From Antedon mediterranea (taxonomy: Eukaryota > Animalia > Echinodermata), in the NCBI RefSeq assembly GCF_964355755.1, contig NC_092678.1, positions 25,437,365 to 25,501,364 on the forward strand: DNA of 64,000 nt. The letters are read 5' to 3'. Position numbers and translations under genes: made by a program. A model generated the notes under the pieces. It ran no database searches, was not told the origin of the DNA, and saw only the letters and a program-made list of their open reading frames with translations. This document shows positions 61,127 through 64,000 of this stretch, one piece after another. How positions within the stretch are numbered: position 1 is the stretch's first letter; each line of letters begins with the position of its first letter.

Positions 61127-63715
61127 TTTATTTATTTATTTATTTCGTTTTCTTTTAGTAGGGTAGCCCTCTCAGTAATAAAATAAAACTGCTCTTCCGA
61201 GGGGCCCTACGGCACATTTAAACAAAATTTGAAAACAACTTAAACTAAAACTTAAACTAAAACTAAACTTCAATGCATGTTCTCATTATTATTATACTTT
61301 TATACCATATTTAAATATATTTCACTGGAACCATCCTAGACCACCGGCAACAATAAATGAATCTTAACAAGTGATTTAAAACGGTTATAATTGTTTTGTT
61401 TTCTTAATTCATAAGGTAGGCCATTCCAGAGTGAACTTCCATAATAAACAAAACTACGTTTGTATATTTCGAGGTTACATCTGGGCAAATACAACAGATT
61501 ATTTTCATAGTTTCTGGTTTGAATATTGTGTACACTACTAATATATTGCAAAACATCACATAAGTATGAAGGTACAGATTCTTGTAAACATCTAAATATT
61601 GTACAAATTGTATGATATTCAATTCTTGTCTTAATTGTTAGCCAACCTAAATCATAATGCATTTGTCTAACAGGAGTTTACGAAAGCCCATTAATGCCAT
61701 TTTAAGTATATGTTTTTCGAACGTAATCCGTTATAACGAATTAGTAATTCGTTTGAACGGATTAATAATCTGTTCAAACGAATTAGTAATCCGTTCAAAC
61801 GAATTGCAACATATACAACAAGTGCCATTCAAAGTATATGTTGTAATTCGTTTGAACGGATTACTAATCCGTTCAAACAAATTACTAATTTGTTTAAACG
61901 GATTACTAATTTGTTCAAACGGATTACTAATCCGTTCAAACGAATTACTAATTTGTTTAAACGGATTACTAATTCGTTCAAACGAATTACTAATTTGTTT
62001 AAACGGATTAGTAATCCGTTCAAACGAATTACTAATTCGTTCAAACGAATTAGTAATCCGTTTAAACGAATTAGTAATTTGTTTAAACAAATTAATAATT
62101 TGTTTAAACGGATTATTAATCTGTTTGAACAAATTAGTAATTCGTTTGAACGAATTAGTAATCCGTTTAAACAAATTATTAATTTGTTTATACAAATTAA
62201 TAATTTGTTCAAACGGATTACTAATTCGTTAGAACGAATTAGTAATTCGTTTGAACAAATTAGTAATCCGTTTAAACAAATTACTAATCCGTTTGAACGG
62301 ATTCCTAATTCGTTTTAACAGATTATTAATCTGTTTAAACAAATTAGTAATTCGTTTGAACAGATTAGTAATCCGTTCAAACGAATTACAACATATTCTT
62401 TAAATGGTACTTGTTGTATATGTTGCAATTGGTTTGAACGGATTACTAATTCGTTTGAACAGATTACTAATCCGTTCAAACGAATTACTAATTTGTTTAA
62501 ACAGATTAATAATCTGTTCAAACGAATTAGGAATCCGTCCAAACGGATTAGTAATTTGTTTAAACGGATTACTAATCTGTTTAAACGAATTACTAATTCG
62601 TTTAAACGAATTAGTAATCCGTTTAAACAAATTATTAATTTGTTTAAACAAATTACTAATTTGTTTAAACAGATTACTAATTCGTTCAAACGAATTACTA
62701 ATTCGTTCAAACAGATTAGTAATCCGTTTAAACAAATTATTAATTTGTTTAAACAAATTATTAATTTGTTTAAACGGATTACTAATTCGTTTGAACGAAT
62801 TAGTAATCCGTTTAAACAAATTATTAATTCGTTTAAACAAATTAGTAATCCGTTTAAACAAATTAGTAATTCGTTTGAACGAATTAATAATTCGTTTGAA
62901 CAAATTAGTAATCCGTTTAAACAAATTAGTAATTCGTTTGAACGGATTAGTAATCCGTTTAAACGAATTACAACATATACTACTTTAAATGGCACTTGTT
63001 GTATATGTTGCAATTCGTTTGAACGGATTACTAATTCGTTTGAACAGATTATTAATCCGTTCAAACGAATTACTAATTCGTTAGAACGGATTACGTTCGA
63101 AAAACATATACTTAAAATGGCATTAATGGGCTTTCGTAGGAGTTCGAATATCAGCACCTAGTATTAATCGTGCAGCTCTATTTTGTACCCTTTGCAATTT
63201 TAAAATATGGGCGTTTGAACCAGTACCCCAGATTGTTGAACAATAGTCAATATGTGATAAAAATAGAGCATTGTATAATCTTTTAATAATTTTAGGAGAT
63301 GTAAAACTTTTCAATCTATAAAATAGATGTAGAATTTTTGATAGTTTTGCACATATAGAATCAATATGTACTTTCCATGAGAGTTGTTCATCAAATGTAA
63401 GTCCCAAATATTTAAACGTTTCAACTTTCTCAATCGGAATGTTATCAAAAATTACTGTTTCATCTGTTGTTTTATTAACACGTGCATGAGTACCAAAAAG
63501 CATGTATTTGGTTTTATCAATGTTTAGAGTTAATTTATGTTTATCTAACCATTGTTTTACATTTTCCAACTGTTCAGTTAAAACTGTTGTAAGCTCTTCA
63601 TTTGATTTACATGCATAAAAAAGCGCAGTGTCGTCTGCATAGAGGACTGTTTTACAAATCCCATCAACACTATCATGTAAGTCATTTATGTATAAAATAA
63701 ACAACAAAGGGCCAC
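61127..63715 (-). mobile_element. 5'-truncated CR1/L2-group LINE split by a DNA transposon
   Basis: RT motifs GPLLFILYINDL, LYADD, FKYLGL and IDYCSTIW (63123-63707) continue after the insertion as VRQMHYDLGWLTI... (61336-61671); (TAAA)n tail at 61127-61146. Confidence 0.88.
61679..63138. mobile_element. IS3EU-like non-autonomous foldback element filled with 21-bp repeats
   Basis: TIR tacgaaagcccattaatgccattttaagtatatgtttttcgaacgtaatccgtt (over 50 bp), TAC...GTA ends, 6-bp TSD ggagtt; internal (gtaatccgtttaaacgaatta)n arrays in both orientations. Confidence 0.8.
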
Positions 63716-64000
63716 ACGTCTGCTCTTAACGACGACTACACTACTACTGATTGGTTTATGATAACATAATGGGCACTAGTTTGGTAGTGTGAATAGAGCT
63801 TTAGTTAGCACCATATTGTACCTCTTTATCAATCACTGCTAACTATTATTTAATACTTATTGTACCAGGCTGAGTATTACAGTCTAGGATTATCTTTCAA
63901 TTTTCCTCGACCTAGGGACAAGTGAGGTCAATTCATCGGTCGTCGTGTGGACCTAGAAACCAACAAATTAGCGTTACGAAGTGAGAAAGCATTTTTCCAT

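Noticed and set aside
61657-63161. Multiple overlapping Leu/Ile/Asn-rich ORFs resembling LRR or coiled-coil proteins
   Set aside because: Open in several frames on both strands because of a 21-bp quasi-palindromic repeat inside a TIR element

Overview
AT-rich, intron-rich animal genomic DNA; the repeat content suggests a marine invertebrate, which is inference only. The window opens with a 7-exon MICOS subunit gene (CHCHD3/MIC19-MIC25 family, minus strand, 2189-4082). Most of the rest (about 7.1-57 kb) is a tandem and inverted array of nine copies of one gene family. Each copy encodes a type II membrane protein: a short cytoplasmic N-terminus with two YxxV motifs, one transmembrane helix, a micro-exon stalk and a C-terminal Cys-rich 'short-chain collagen C4-like' (collagen IV NC1-related) domain, with no Gly-X-Y triple helix. 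Six copies look intact; one is split by a 6.2-kb transposon, one is an exon-1 remnant and one has a frameshifting deletion. The tail/TM core is nearly invariant, the ectodomain loops vary, and tail types and ectodomain types are shuffled between copies, as in clustered innate-immune receptors. An orphan 8-exon fragment of an FGD-type RhoGEF (DH-PH-FYVE) and a duplicated orphan terminal exon lie in the array. Nested mobile elements include P-like, Mutator-like, IS3EU-like, Helitron/Helentron-like, foldback elements, MITEs, tRNA-derived SINEs and two truncated LINEs, plus three tiny palindromes that resemble P-element excision footprints. Exon boundaries were read by eye and element superfamily calls rest on termini and TSDs only.
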